Shown here: in pieces, positions 29,546 through 37,895 of the stretch | Position numbering within the stretch: position 1 is the stretch's first letter | Layout: the number at the start of each line of letters is the position of its first letter | DNA from: a virus | IMG/VR virus record: IMGVR_UViG_3300036770_005052 | Location: 32,001 to 96,000 of that record | DNA length: 64,000 bases | Strand: one strand, 5' to 3' | Position numbers and translations under genes: made by a program | Notes under the pieces: model-generated | Told to the model about the DNA's origin: nothing | The model's database searches: none | What the model saw: the letters and a program-made list of their open reading frames with translations, nothing else

Positions 29546-29770
29546 ATGTTAGCACCCAGCTTAGTATTTGGTTCATTTTTAACCATATTATTTTTTATAG
29601 TTGGACTATTAGCGGGATGGGTTGCCAGAGAGTATATGTTAAATTATCAGGAAGTTCCGAAAATGCATCCTGAATTTTATGATAATCATGGGAATGTTAT
29701 TCCCGACGAAGTAATTGCATTTAGATTTGATAATAACTATGACTACGATGACACAGAAGACGAAGAATAA
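29546..29770 (+). CDS. small membrane protein
   Basis: GGAG ribosome-binding site; N-terminal hydrophobic helix; HPEFYD..GN motif. Confidence 0.75.
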   Translation: MLAPSLVFGSFLTILFFIVGLLAGWVAREYMLNYQEVPKMHPEFYDNHGNVIPDEVIAFRFDNNYDYDDTEDEE

Positions 29771-30359
29771 CGTCTCAGCACAAAAAGAAAAAATTAATTC
29801 AAAAAAGGTAGTTGTTGAAAAACCAATTACCGAACTTCCTGCAAATCCATTTGCATTTGAAGTTTTAAATTTAATTTCCAAACAAAGAAGTAATTCTAAA
29901 AAAATTGAACTTTTAACGAAGTATTCTGACGATTCTTTAAAAACTATTTTTATTTGGAATTTTGATGAGAGTATTATTTCGCTTCTTCCTCCAGGAGAAG
30001 TTCCATATTCTAGCGTAAGTGAACAAAATTCTTTCAGTGGAACAATCAGTGATAAAATTAGTGATGCTGTTGGAAAAATGAATGAAATGGGATCTGCATC
30101 ATTGGGATCTCAAGATCAAGGATACTCTTCTATTCGTAAAGAATATTCTAAATTTTACAATTTTGTAAAAGGTGGTAATGATAGCTTGAGTTCTCTTCGT
30201 AGAGAAACAATGTTTATCAACATTTTGCAAGGATTGCATCCTCTTGAAGCTGAAATACTTTGTTTGGTTAAAGATAAGAAATTAGAAACAAAATATAAAA
30301 TTACAAAAGAAATTGTTTCACAAGCTTACCCAGATATTATTTGGGGTGGAAGATCTTGA
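29739..30359 (+). CDS. conserved T4-like cyanophage hypothetical protein
   Basis: LPPGEVPY and RRETMFINILQGLHPLEAE motifs. Confidence 0.75.
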   Translation: MTTMTQKTKNNVSAQKEKINSKKVVVEKPITELPANPFAFEVLNLISKQRSNSKKIELLTKYSDDSLKTIFIWNFDESIISLLPPGEVPYSSVSEQNSFSGTISDKISDAVGKMNEMGSASLGSQDQGYSSIRKEYSKFYNFVKGGNDSLSSLRRETMFINILQGLHPLEAEILCLVKDKKLETKYKITKEIVSQAYPDIIWGGRS

Positions 30360-30700
30360 GGAAAGAATTAGTAAAAACTAAGGAGGAACTTGATGTTGTG
30401 GAATGGACAACTGAAGAAAAAACAAATTTACCTCCTAAGTATGGATGTCAGATTTTAGTTGAAAATGCCTCATATGAAGAACAAAGAGATACTTCTTTTC
30501 CTACTGATGCACATTTAGTATATTACATTGTAAATGAAAAATCCTATGTTGATGTGTGCAGGGGAACTAGAGTAAAAATTTTTGATTTGTATTATGATAA
30601 ATTTGGTTCTGGTGCAATCAAAAAAATATATTGGGGATATGGGAGAGTTAATCCTAAAATTTGGGGATATAAAGCACCCGAAAAGAAAAAAAGAAAGTAA
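30341..30700 (+). CDS. conserved hypothetical cyanophage protein (start uncertain)
   Basis: IFDLYYDKFG and GRVNPKIWGY motifs. Confidence 0.7.
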   Translation: MGWKILRKELVKTKEELDVVEWTTEEKTNLPPKYGCQILVENASYEEQRDTSFPTDAHLVYYIVNEKSYVDVCRGTRVKIFDLYYDKFGSGAIKKIYWGYGRVNPKIWGYKAPEKKKRK

Positions 30701-30760
30701 TTTTCCAAAAGCTGGAAAAAAAATTCGCCAAAATTTTTTCGCACGAAGGTTTTTTAAAAT

Positions 30761-30776
30761 TGTAACATCTTATACA
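30761..30776. promoter_or_regulatory. NtcA binding site (tGTA-N8-TACa)
   Basis: TGTAACATCTTATACA matches GTA-N8-TAC with consensus flanks and lies just upstream of a sigma70 -35 box. Confidence 0.75.
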
Positions 30777-30784
30777 TAAAAAGC

Positions 30785-30813
30785 TTGCTATATAGATTGA
30801 ATAGGGTTATAAT
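30785..30813 (+). promoter_or_regulatory. sigma70 promoter TTGCTA-17-TATAAT
   Basis: 17-nt spacer; predicted start site (~30820) falls just before the riboswitch 5' end. Confidence 0.75.
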
Positions 30814-30823
30814 AATCCTCTAA

Positions 30824-31035
30824 CGTTCATCCCTTTGGGACGGAAGTAAGCCGACTCGGAACGGATCGTTCATCTATGGAAACACTCATTCTGACATGCT
30901 TACAAGCACACTTAATTGCTGGGAGAGTTCATCAACAGAACATTTCCAAACAGGTAAAGAATGATTTAATTTGGGAAATAAAACAGATCTCTCCAAAGGA
31001 GTGTAAAATAGACGCAAAAGCCGACTGAAGGAACG
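30824..31035 (+). ncRNA. double glnA-type glutamine riboswitch
   Basis: Two CGUUC/GAACG P1 sets, P2 stems UCCC/GGGA and UCUAU/AUAGA, E-loop strands GGAAGUAAG and CUGAAG; upstream of a YRGV peptide gene. Confidence 0.78.
30876..31028 (+). CDS. 50-aa peptide encoded inside the riboswitch (METLILTCLQAHLIAGRVHQQNISKQVKNDLIWEIKQISPKECKIDAKAD)
   Basis: Uninterrupted ATG..TGA frame spanning the P2 loop of aptamer 2. Confidence 0.55.
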   Translation: METLILTCLQAHLIAGRVHQQNISKQVKNDLIWEIKQISPKECKIDAKAD

Positions 31036-31067
31036 CTCTTTAACCTAAACCATTAAGGAGAAACCTA

Positions 31068-31202
31068 ATGTCTAAAGTCGTATATCGCGGTGTCGAATAT
31101 GATACCGAAGTTCGTCGCCAGCAACAGCAGGCACAACAGCAACCCCAACAATACAACGAAACCTATCGTGGTGTTAAGTTTGTGAAGGAGGGGCAAAAAT
31201 GA
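31068..31202 (+). CDS. DUF4278-like peptide, 44 aa
   Basis: AAGGAG ribosome-binding site; MSKVVYRGVEY...Q-rich...TYRGVKF with two YRGV motifs. Confidence 0.8.
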   Translation: MSKVVYRGVEYDTEVRRQQQQAQQQPQQYNETYRGVKFVKEGQK

Positions 31203-31300
31203 ATACTTACTTCGTTCGATATTTAAAAAGAAAAGCAAAGAAGGAACAACTCCTTCATAATGCACAACTGAATATGGCAAAGCAACCACAAATTGCTTGA
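31199..31300 (+). CDS. 33-aa basic peptide (MNTYFVRYLKRKAKKEQLLHNAQLNMAKQPQIA)
   Basis: ATGA overlap with the DUF4278 stop; AGGAGG ribosome-binding site. Confidence 0.65.
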   Translation: MNTYFVRYLKRKAKKEQLLHNAQLNMAKQPQIA

Positions 31301-31305
31301 TTTGG

Positions 31306-31332
31306 GAGGGGACTTGATCCCCTCTTTTTTTT
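31306..31332 (+). terminator. intrinsic terminator overlapping the next sigma70 promoter (TTGATC 31314 -17- TAAAAT 31337)
   Basis: GAGGGGA-cttga-TCCCCTC stem followed by a T8 run. Confidence 0.85.
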
Positions 31333-31363
31333 ATGCTAAAATGAATTGAAGTAACTATAAAGT

Positions 31364-31516
31364 ATGGACAAAGAAAAACTAAAACTTATTGTTCGTAATC
31401 TTGAATTACTGATTGATTCTTTGAAAGTAGAAATTTACTCTGATACTTCTGCATCTAAAGCACCAAAAAGAGTTATTGATGATTATGACGAAATTTTCGA
31501 GGAATATGACAACTAG
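31364..31516 (+). CDS. 50-aa hypothetical protein (MDKEKLKLIVRNLELL...)
   Basis: Manually translated; follows the predicted promoter. Confidence 0.65.
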   Translation: MDKEKLKLIVRNLELLIDSLKVEIYSDTSASKAPKRVIDDYDEIFEEYDN

Positions 31517-31676
31517 TAGAGCAAAAAAACTGGTTAAACTTCTGGAAAGAATGTTGAAACAAGATCATCTATTTTCAGAAGAGCAACTGGTAGAAATCAA
31601 ACAACAAATGCGAGTAGTAAAACAAGAACTTGCAGAATTTGAGACACAAACATCAAAAGGATTTGGAAAGAAATGA
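31506..31676 (+). CDS. small coiled-coil hypothetical protein ending SKGFGKK
   Basis: GAGG ribosome-binding site; ATGA overlap with thyX. Confidence 0.65.
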   Translation: MTTSRAKKLVKLLERMLKQDHLFSEEQLVEIKQQMRVVKQELAEFETQTSKGFGKK

Positions 31677-32425
31677 AACCCATTAAAGCAAAAGACCTTC
31701 TTGAACTGGATAAAAGACTTGAAGTTGTAAAACTTCAGGGATACCCAATCCCAGAACAAGTTATTTGGCAGGCAGGAAAGGGCGATTATTCTGAAGTTCC
31801 GATTCATAATGTTCCAGTTCCCAACCATCATGAATGTGGTCAGTGGATTGTTGAACAATTGTTAGCTAATGAGAGGGGGCATTGGGGTCCAATTGAGCAC
31901 CCTGGCATTACTTTTTCTTGTGCTGGATTTGTTCATAATGTTATCGTTCAGGCAAGAACTCATCGTATCGGAACCAGTTGGGATGTTCAGTCTCAGCGTT
32001 ACACTGGAAAACGTGTTCTTAAAGTTGCCAAGCGTGAACTCCATGTTGAGGAAGTCTTCTACGTGCGCCCTCAGGGGTACTACACTAACCGTAAGGGTAA
32101 GAAGTATGAATGGGCCGAAGAGCACCGACAACGCAAGTTAGAGCGCATTTTGAGTGAGTGTGAGGAGTATGCTGATTACTATGAGCAGGGTATGTGTGAA
32201 GAGCATATTCGGGATTATCTTCCTCAGGCAATTCGTCAGAACTTTGTAGTCTCATTTAATCTTCGTTCAGTTCTTCACTTTATGGATCTTCGTTCTAAAC
32301 TTGATGCTCAAATTGAAATTCAAGCACTTTGTGATGCAATTGCTCCCGAACTTCAAAAATGGTCTCCTAATGTTTGGAGGTATTATGAAGAGAAGCGTCT
32401 TCACAAGGCACGTTTGAGTCCATAA
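31673..32425 (+). CDS. thyX: FAD-dependent thymidylate synthase
   Basis: GHWGPIEH, QARTHRIGTSWDVQSQRY (ThyX motif variant), NLRSVLHFMDLR, AQIEI. Confidence 0.92.
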   Translation: MKPIKAKDLLELDKRLEVVKLQGYPIPEQVIWQAGKGDYSEVPIHNVPVPNHHECGQWIVEQLLANERGHWGPIEHPGITFSCAGFVHNVIVQARTHRIGTSWDVQSQRYTGKRVLKVAKRELHVEEVFYVRPQGYYTNRKGKKYEWAEEHRQRKLERILSECEEYADYYEQGMCEEHIRDYLPQAIRQNFVVSFNLRSVLHFMDLRSKLDAQIEIQALCDAIAPELQKWSPNVWRYYEEKRLHKARLSP

Positions 32426-32452
32426 ATATTTTTGTGTTGATTTTGTAACTTT

Positions 32453-32695
32453 ATGGCAATATATCCAATTATTAACAAAGAGACTGGTGAGAAAAAAGTC
32501 ATTGAGATGAGTGTTAATGATATTATGCAGTGGTATAAAGACAATCCTGAATGGAAAAGGGATTGGTCTGAAGGATGTGCTACTCCAGGAGAAGTTGGTG
32601 ATTGGAGGAATAAACTAACCTCCAAGCATCCTTCGTGGAATACCGTCCTAGAAAAAGCATCAAAAGCACCAGGTTCAACTGTTAAGAAACTCTAA
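32453..32695 (+). CDS. conserved cyanophage hypothetical protein upstream of phoH
   Basis: MAIYPIINKETGEK N-terminus; late promoter ATAAATA at 32422-32428. Confidence 0.7.
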   Translation: MAIYPIINKETGEKKVIEMSVNDIMQWYKDNPEWKRDWSEGCATPGEVGDWRNKLTSKHPSWNTVLEKASKAPGSTVKKL

Positions 32696-32696
32696 T

Positions 32697-33449
32697 ATGG
32701 CAAGAAGAAAAAGAACAGAGCAACCAATCGGAGTTGGTCTTACTACTCGTCAAACAAAGCGTAAAAAAACATTGAGTTCTGAATATCTAATTGATATAGA
32801 ACCACTTACAGAAAATCAAAGAAAACTTTTTGAATCTTATTCGGAACAAAAGCATATAGTTGCTTATGGTTGCGCAGGAACAGGTAAAACTTTTATCACA
32901 CTTTACAATGCTTTATGTGAAGTTTTGGATGAAAGATCTCCATATGAAAAAATTTATTTGGTTCGTTCATTAGTTGCTACACGGGAAATTGGCTTTCTTC
33001 CTGGTTCATATGATGATAAGTCAGATATTTATCAAATTCCCTATAAGAATATGGTAAAATATATGTTCCAACTTTCAAGCGATGCGGAGTTTGAGATGCT
33101 CTATGGAAATCTCAAATCGCAGGAAACGATTAAGTTCTGGTCAACTTCTTTTCTTCGTGGAACAACATTAGATAATGCAATTATCATCGTGGATGAGTTT
33201 CAAAATTGCACAATGCATGAATTGGATTCTATTATTACTCGTGTCGGTGAAAGTTCAAAAATTATGTTTTGTGGAGATGCAACCCAATCCGATTTGCAAA
33301 AAACAAACGAGCGAAATGGTATCATAGATTTTATGACAGTATTGCGAAAAATGCCATCTTTTGATATAATTGAGTTTGGTGTAGACGATATTGTTCGTTC
33401 TGGACTTGTTAAAGAATACATTGTTGCAAAAATGGATGCTGGTTTTTGA
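32697..33449 (+). CDS. phoH: PhoH-family ATPase
   Basis: GCAGTGKT, IGFLPG, FLRGTT, IVDEFQN, GDATQSD, IVRSGLV. Confidence 0.95.
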   Translation: MARRKRTEQPIGVGLTTRQTKRKKTLSSEYLIDIEPLTENQRKLFESYSEQKHIVAYGCAGTGKTFITLYNALCEVLDERSPYEKIYLVRSLVATREIGFLPGSYDDKSDIYQIPYKNMVKYMFQLSSDAEFEMLYGNLKSQETIKFWSTSFLRGTTLDNAIIIVDEFQNCTMHELDSIITRVGESSKIMFCGDATQSDLQKTNERNGIIDFMTVLRKMPSFDIIEFGVDDIVRSGLVKEYIVAKMDAGF

Positions 33450-34129
33450 TGTTTAATCATATTGATATTGAACTCCCACAGTTGGAGCGTGAAACAATCG
33501 ATGGCGTAAGATATTACAAAGTCCCTGACGCAGAAGAACTTCTCCGACTGGTCTCCATCACTTCGGTGACCAGTCATTTTAATAAAGAAATTTTTGTTAA
33601 ATGGCGTAAAAAAGTCGGTGAAGAAGAAGCAGATAAGATTACTCGGCAGGCAACTAGTCGGGGAACTGATATGCATACTTTAGTTGAGCATCTTTTAAAA
33701 AACGAAGACCTTCCATCAGTTCAACCTCTTTCTGAGTTTTTATTTAAAATTGCAAAACCAGAACTCAATCGTATAAATAATATTTACGCCCTTGAGGGGT
33801 CCCTATATAGTAAGCAACTGGGAATCGCGGGAACAGTTGATTGTATTGCCGAATATAATGGTGAGTTAGCGATAATCGACTTTAAGACTTCTAAAAAACC
33901 AAAACCACGTGAGTGGATTGAGCATTATTTTGTTCAGTGTATGGCATATGGATGTATGCTTTACGAATTGACTGGAATTTCAGTCAAAAAACTTGTAATC
34001 ATTATGGCTTGCGAAAATGGAGAATGTATCGTTTATGAAGAATATGACAAATCAAAATACATCAAACTACTCACCCAATATATTAGAAAGTTTGTTAGAG
34101 ATAAATTGGAACTCTATGGAAACGAATAA
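33446..34129 (+). CDS. PD-(D/E)XK exonuclease
   Basis: SITSV, RGTDMH, AGTVDCIAEY...IIDFKTS, QCMAY. Confidence 0.85.
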   Translation: MMFNHIDIELPQLERETIDGVRYYKVPDAEELLRLVSITSVTSHFNKEIFVKWRKKVGEEEADKITRQATSRGTDMHTLVEHLLKNEDLPSVQPLSEFLFKIAKPELNRINNIYALEGSLYSKQLGIAGTVDCIAEYNGELAIIDFKTSKKPKPREWIEHYFVQCMAYGCMLYELTGISVKKLVIIMACENGECIVYEEYDKSKYIKLLTQYIRKFVRDKLELYGNE

Positions 34130-34376
34130 AGAATTAGAAAAAGCAATAGAAAATAAATTTTTAACACCTTCTAAGTTTGCTCTTGAAATTGAAAAAATTG
34201 TTGCTGAAGAAAATTTTAACTATATTGATGCAATTGTTCATTATTGCGAAATCAATAATCTTGAAGTAGAATCAGTTACGAAACTCATTTCAAAACCTTT
34301 GAAAGAAAGATTAAAGTGGGACGCAACTCGTCTTAACTTTATGAAAAAAACTTCGAGAGCACGACTTCCACTATGA
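34116..34376 (+). CDS. g33: late transcription coactivator gp33
   Basis: FALEIEKIV...YIDAIVHYC...KLISKPLKERLK; synteny with g59. Confidence 0.85.
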   Translation: METNKELEKAIENKFLTPSKFALEIEKIVAEENFNYIDAIVHYCEINNLEVESVTKLISKPLKERLKWDATRLNFMKKTSRARLPL

Positions 34377-34963
34377 GTCCTTTTGAGACATATCAAACTT
34401 ATCTTTCTATGAAAAGTCATTTTACTAATAGTAAATATGACTTTTTTAAATATGGGGGTAAATCTAGAGCAACCGTTACTTCTTTTAACAAACGGCGCGA
34501 TAAATATTTTTTTGAGAAGACAAGTCGCAAGTATTCTGATAAAGAAGTCGTAGATTTTTTAGTATCAAACTTTGTAGCATCGGATTCCCCTAGCAACTTA
34601 TGGATTGGAGAAATTATCAATTCTGGAGAAAGGACCTACGCAGATTGGATGCGGAGACAGCAGAGTTTGACTTACTTGTTCAAAGAACAATCAACGGAAT
34701 TGTTCTCCGAAAGCGAATTGGAAACTGTGTTCAACTGCTCCAAAGGACATCCTATAGTCCTCAAAAGATTTCTAAGCGGGAAATTATCACCAGAAACATT
34801 CGTAATTTACGACAAAATATTTTCAATCGTAAAAGATTTTGACAAGAAACTGTTGGATCCCGTATGGGAAACTGTTAGTTTAAAGATTAAAAAGTATTCT
34901 TCGTTTCTAAATATTGATGTATTTCAGTACAAAAAAATTTTAAGGGAAATCATAGATGAGTAA
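34373..34963 (+). CDS. g59: gp59 helicase loader
   Basis: YLSMKSHF...YDFFKY...FNKRRDKYFFEK. Confidence 0.9.
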   Translation: MSPFETYQTYLSMKSHFTNSKYDFFKYGGKSRATVTSFNKRRDKYFFEKTSRKYSDKEVVDFLVSNFVASDSPSNLWIGEIINSGERTYADWMRRQQSLTYLFKEQSTELFSESELETVFNCSKGHPIVLKRFLSGKLSPETFVIYDKIFSIVKDFDKKLLDPVWETVSLKIKKYSSFLNIDVFQYKKILREIIDE

Positions 34964-35288
34964 CTTTTTTGACTCCGATATTATTCAAGACGAATTGAAA
35001 GAAATCAATAAGTTGCAAGAAGAGATTTACGGTAGTATTCTCACTTTTGGTGGAATGACCCGCGAAACAAAACTGGAACATATTGAAAAACTTGAAATCT
35101 TGTTAGAAAAACAAAGAGTGATGTACACTAGATTATCCCTTTCAGATGATCCAAAGGCGGTCGAAATGAAAGAGAACCTACGCAAATCAGTTGCACTGAT
35201 GGGTTTCCCACCAGAAACTGATATGAATATATTATTCTGTAGTATGAATAAAACAATCGAATCTCTCAAGCAATATATTGACCTCTGA
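34956..35288 (+). CDS. conserved cyanophage protein (DUF1825-like)
   Basis: FFDSDIIQDEL...KQRVMYTRLSLSDDP. Confidence 0.75.
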   Translation: MSNFFDSDIIQDELKEINKLQEEIYGSILTFGGMTRETKLEHIEKLEILLEKQRVMYTRLSLSDDPKAVEMKENLRKSVALMGFPPETDMNILFCSMNKTIESLKQYIDL

Positions 35289-35306
35289 GAGCATCTTTGC
35301 TATAAT
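35278..35306 (+). promoter_or_regulatory. sigma70 promoter for g32 (TTGACC-17-TATAAT with extended TG)
   Basis: Near-consensus boxes with a 17-nt spacer. Confidence 0.8.
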
Positions 35307-35349
35307 ATCTAAGTAAATCACTCGAATCCAATTTATCCGAGGTAATCTA

Positions 35350-36279
35350 ATGGGCTTTGCCGATCTTAAAAAACAATCTAAACTGGGCTCTCTGACCGCC
35401 AAACTGGTCAAAGAAGTCGAAAAAATGAATACCACCAATAGTTCTTCTGACGAACGTGTATGGAAGTTAGACGTAGATAAAAGTGGTAATGGTTTCGCAG
35501 TAATTCGTTTTCTTCCTGCTCCTGATGGGGAAGATCTTCCGTTTGTAAAGCTTTATAGCCACGCATTCCAAGGCACTGGTGGTTGGTATATTGAAAACTC
35601 CTTAACCACTATCGGCCAAAAAGATCCAGTTTCTGAATATAACACTCAACTCTGGAACAATGGAACTGATGCTGGTAAAGAATTAGCGCGTAAGCAAAAG
35701 CGCAAATTAACTTATATTAGCAACATTTATGTTGTGAAGGATCCTGCTAATCCCGAAAACGAAGGTAAAGTCTTTCTCTTTAAGTACGGTAAAAAAATCT
35801 TTGACAAACTGACTGCAGCTATGCAACCCGAGTTTGAAGATGAAGAAGCAATTGATCCTTTTGACTTCTGGCAAGGTGCCAACTTCAAGTTGAAGGCAAA
35901 AAATGTTGCTGGTTATCGTAACTATGATTCCAGCGAGTTTGCAAATCCCGCTCCTATGCTGGACGATGATGATGCAATGGAAGCGGTATGGAAGAAGCAA
36001 TATTCACTTGCCGAACTAGTTGCTGCCGATCAGTTCAAGACTTATGATGAACTGAAAAAGCGTCTTGATTCTGTTCTTGGTTCTAAGTCTTCTGTTCGTT
36101 TAGATGAAGAAGTTGAGAATGAGGAAGAGTATTCTCGTGGTTCTGTGAAGGAACTTGATGATGATCTTCGTTCAGAACTTAACAATCTGAAACCTACTCG
36201 ACGTGCTTCTGCACCTGTGGAGGAAGATGAGGATGATGATGCCCTCAGTTATTTTGCAAAACTTGCATCAGACGATTGA
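35350..36279 (+). CDS. g32: gp32 single-stranded DNA-binding protein
   Basis: GNGFAVIRFLPA, WYIENSLTT, YGKKIFDK, acidic tail. Confidence 0.95.
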   Translation: MGFADLKKQSKLGSLTAKLVKEVEKMNTTNSSSDERVWKLDVDKSGNGFAVIRFLPAPDGEDLPFVKLYSHAFQGTGGWYIENSLTTIGQKDPVSEYNTQLWNNGTDAGKELARKQKRKLTYISNIYVVKDPANPENEGKVFLFKYGKKIFDKLTAAMQPEFEDEEAIDPFDFWQGANFKLKAKNVAGYRNYDSSEFANPAPMLDDDDAMEAVWKKQYSLAELVAADQFKTYDELKKRLDSVLGSKSSVRLDEEVENEEEYSRGSVKELDDDLRSELNNLKPTRRASAPVEEDEDDDALSYFAKLASDD

Positions 36280-36287
36280 TTTTGTGC

Positions 36288-36310
36288 GGGGGGGGAAACC
36301 CCCCTTTCTT
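36288..36310. terminator. terminator between convergent g32 and g53, probably bidirectional
   Basis: G-run/AAA/C-run stem followed by TTTCTT. Confidence 0.8.
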
Positions 36311-36962
36311 ATATTAAAGTATTTCTAGTATTTTCGGTGCGAATTAATTTTTCATCAATGTATTGTGACGATTGATCATACAATAATGAAGTTCTCATAT
36401 CTTTAACTACTTGTTTTAAATAACCAGGTTTAAGAACATATATTGTCCTTTTTTTATTATTTTTTTCCACCTCATATTCATAATTTGATATTCCAATAAC
36501 TGGTGGTGGACTAATAACTGCTAATCTATTAGATGGATCTGGTATAGTAAAATTTGAATCTACAGTTTTACCTTTTGGTAAAATTAATCTATTGTTTGAA
36601 TCTAACACTTCTATAGTTTCGTAATGATGAATTGAATTTAATTCATTTCCATATTTTTCTAGACAATATTCATATAGATCTTTATCAGATAGTGGCCATT
36701 GATCTCTTATATTTGTTATTCCAGCACTAATTAAGATAACCCAATCATATTGAGTGCTATTATATAATTCCTTAGCTACTAAATCTGGTCTAGAACCATC
36801 TGGAATTTGGTATTTGTAAAATATTGTAAATACATTTTGAAGGTCATCTCTAAGTTTAGCCCTACGAAATAAATTTTTAACAGTTACATACTCGTCAGAT
36901 GAAACTCTGGAAGATAATGGTGATTGATATTCTAAATTTGGAAGTTCTCTAAAGTAAGACAT
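36309..36962 (-). CDS. g53: gp53 baseplate wedge subunit
   Basis: MSYFRELP, RPDLVAKELY, WPLS, IHHYET, YEYEVEKN. Confidence 0.88.
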   Translation of the reverse strand: MSYFRELPNLEYQSPLSSRVSSDEYVTVKNLFRRAKLRDDLQNVFTIFYKYQIPDGSRPDLVAKELYNSTQYDWVILISAGITNIRDQWPLSDKDLYEYCLEKYGNELNSIHHYETIEVLDSNNRLILPKGKTVDSNFTIPDPSNRLAVISPPPVIGISNYEYEVEKNNKKRTIYVLKPGYLKQVVKDMRTSLLYDQSSQYIDEKLIRTENTRNTLI

Positions 36963-37876
36963 TAGTAACCTACCCCTTCTTTTCCTTCTTCTTCATTATA
37001 ATCTTCAGCATATACAACAGATAGTTCTTGAAAAGCTAATGATAGTTGTAAATGTACTGGAGTTGCATCTGGATATGTTGCATACATTCCAGAAGCTGTA
37101 TAATTAACTCCCATATTAATAAGAGCACAAGGTTTAAATCTATTTAAAAATGGATGATTTCTTCCACCACTCATGTATGAAAGTAAAAAAACGTTTGGAG
37201 ATTTAACAAAAAATCCTCCGCCAGAAGATTCTGCAGAACCTTTACTTGCACTCATATTTTGTTTAAAAATTCTAATAATATTTTTTACTATTTCAGATTC
37301 TTCTTTTGATCTTGGAATCAAATCATATGTAAATTGGAATGGTGTTCTAATTGTTACTCCACCAAATAACAGTTCAACATTTTGGTTTACAACAGCACCA
37401 GTTGCTCTTGATACCAATTGATTAATATCAGCACTTCCATTTAAAAGAGTTTGTACAGCTAATCCTGCAAAAGTTGTTGATGCAGCTTTTTGACCCGTTG
37501 CATCAGTTACTGCTCCAGATATTTTATCTAAAGCTCCTTGAACTGCTTTTAGTCCTGTATTAAAAGGATTTGAGGATGTTATTACCTTCTCAGTACCACT
37601 CAACAATCCTCCAGCAAGAGAATTTAAACTATTTTCTCCCCAACTAGCAGAATTTGAATCGCTAATATTTTGTGGTATTGGTAAAATAATTGTTTGCAAT
37701 AATACTTTATTATTTTTTATAGATTGGTCTGCGCTACCCAAAGCAAATCCAGAACCCTGTTGTCCCAATCCAGGAGGAACATACTGTACAATTTCGATTT
37801 TAAGATAATCATCCCTTTCCCCTATATTTTTAAGAGGATACCTCAATTGTTGTGGTGGCGAGGAATTTGGTGCCAT
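36962..37876 (-). CDS. g48: gp48 baseplate tail-tube cap
   Basis: ILPIPQNISD, NQNVELLF, PRSKEES, LAFQEL; minus-strand late promoter at 37890-37896. Confidence 0.85.
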   Translation of the reverse strand: MAPNSSPPQQLRYPLKNIGERDDYLKIEIVQYVPPGLGQQGSGFALGSADQSIKNNKVLLQTIILPIPQNISDSNSASWGENSLNSLAGGLLSGTEKVITSSNPFNTGLKAVQGALDKISGAVTDATGQKAASTTFAGLAVQTLLNGSADINQLVSRATGAVVNQNVELLFGGVTIRTPFQFTYDLIPRSKEESEIVKNIIRIFKQNMSASKGSAESSGGGFFVKSPNVFLLSYMSGGRNHPFLNRFKPCALINMGVNYTASGMYATYPDATPVHLQLSLAFQELSVVYAEDYNEEEGKEGVGY

Positions 37877-37895
37877 TCTTTTTTGTAATTATTTA

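Noticed and set aside
31065-31289. Minus-strand 74-aa ORF from the track
   Set aside because: Antisense to two better-supported plus-strand ORFs that have SD sequences, a promoter and a terminator
33446-34129. Cas4-like nuclease as part of a CRISPR system
   Set aside because: Standard cyanophage exonuclease in phoH-exo-g33-g59 synteny
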